Below are positions 62,746 through 64,000 of a stretch of DNA of 64,000 nucleotides, in pieces. Source of the stretch: Octopus sinensis (lineage: Eukaryota); the NCBI RefSeq assembly GCF_006345805.1, contig NC_043002.1, positions 45,880,001 to 45,944,000 on the forward strand. Direction: 5' to 3'. The translations under genes and the position numbers were made by a program. The first letter of the stretch is position 1. Every line of letters begins with the position of its first letter. Under the pieces are notes generated by a model, which worked only from the letters and a program-made list of their open reading frames with translations, was not told the origin of the DNA and searched no databases.

Positions 62746-64000
62746 TGCCATCTCTAATGTTAACAGGAGAATGTGTCATTAGTCATGAGCTTTGCCATAA
62801 ATCATCATCATCATCATTATCATTATCATTTAATGTTCTATATCCAGCCGTAGAAAACCATGCCAAATCAGACTTGTGTGTGGTGTGAGCCTTCCAGTGT
62901 GCCAGCCCAGTCAAACTGTCCAACCTATGCCAGCATGGACAACGGATGTTAAATAATGATGATGATGATGTTCTATGCTGGCATGGATGGATAGTTTCAC
63001 AGTATCCCATGGGTTCAAGGACTGCATCATGGTCCAGTATCTGCTTTGACATGATTGCTATAAATGGATGCACTTCCTTATGCCAACCACTTTACAGTGT
63101 GTACTGACTGCTTTTCTTGTGTCACTGGCACTATTAAGGCCATGCAGCTTGTAAGACTACGAAACCTAAGGAATGGGGTTTTATGCTAGAGTTAGGGTTA
63201 AGGTATGAGAGAAGTGGGTAGGACAGAGCAGGTTGTTGTAGAGGAGCTACATGGCTACTCACATTTAGGAGAGAGAGTGAGAATGAATCAGTACTGGCTA
63301 CAAAAATAGATAATGGTGATGAGATGTCCAGGTGGTACCTCAAGGTATGAAGTGAGTAAAAGTGAGTGGGGACAGAGAGGAGGTAGGCAGTATATATAAA
63401 GGTTGGTTGTGGTTAAAGGATGGCTACTGGTGCATGAGATGGGGAAGGTAGTGGGATGGAATAAAGGAGCAGTAACAGGATATTAATGATGATACAATTG
63501 TCAGAGGAAGAACTAAAGAGAGATGACATATTTGGCTGGGATGCAGAAGAAAGGGGAGAGAGAAACAGGCATAGTGCACGAGGAGAGATAAATTGGTGGT
63601 CCAATGGCAGGAGGGAGGAGATGATGACCAATGTAATGTGTGGAGGTAGAGCACAATATTAATGGATAAGAATGGCTAACAAGTGAAATGACAACTTGAA
63701 TATAGGTTGAACTTCTCTTGTTACCATGCATCTGTCAGTTTACGTACTGATTGTATGCAGCACATACTGAATATCAAAAAGTAAGGACTTAATTTAACAT
63801 ATGGTTGCAGCCTGTTCACTCAAGGTCATAAAAGTAAAGCTTTGTGCCACTGATTTCAATTTTGTGAGAGAGCTTTCCTTGAACATTGCATCTACAGTTG
63901 TGTTCATTGCAGACTGAACTTACAATCTAAAATTGAAAATCATTGGTTGTAGTTTTGCTTTGGTATCTGAATTAGCACTGGTATGGGTACCAGCGATGGC

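Overview
AT-rich, intron-rich animal genomic DNA dense in microsatellites and transposons. The SINE/RTE repertoire and (TA)n/(CA)n density suggest an octopod cephalopod (inference, not a database match). Two host genes are supported. One is a complete minus-strand 60S ribosomal protein L36 gene (RPL36): a 5'-TOP-like first exon near 42.1 kb and three coding exons giving 112 aa. The other is the 5' part of an unidentified plus-strand gene encoding a Lys/Ser-rich low-complexity protein, with exons at 56.0, 58.2 and 60.0-61.3 kb and candidate upstream exons including a 7-nt microexon. The rest is mobile DNA: several Penelope-like (GIY-YIG) fragments, two carrying intact minimal type I hammerhead ribozymes; many RTE LINE pieces with (GAT)n tails; three tRNA-derived SINE families; a Gypsy LTR plus gag remnant; pogo/Tigger, mariner, maT and piggyBac elements; three hAT MITEs with perfect 8-bp TSDs; and several long foldback sequences. 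The items most worth following up are the hammerhead-bearing elements, the long palindromes (candidate dsRNA/ADAR substrates), the microexon and alternative N-termini, and a hairpin enclosing a CCCTAA repeat beside a candidate antisense first exon in RPL36 intron 2. No CRISPR array, rRNA or true tRNA gene was found. Repeat boundaries without a TSD are approximate.
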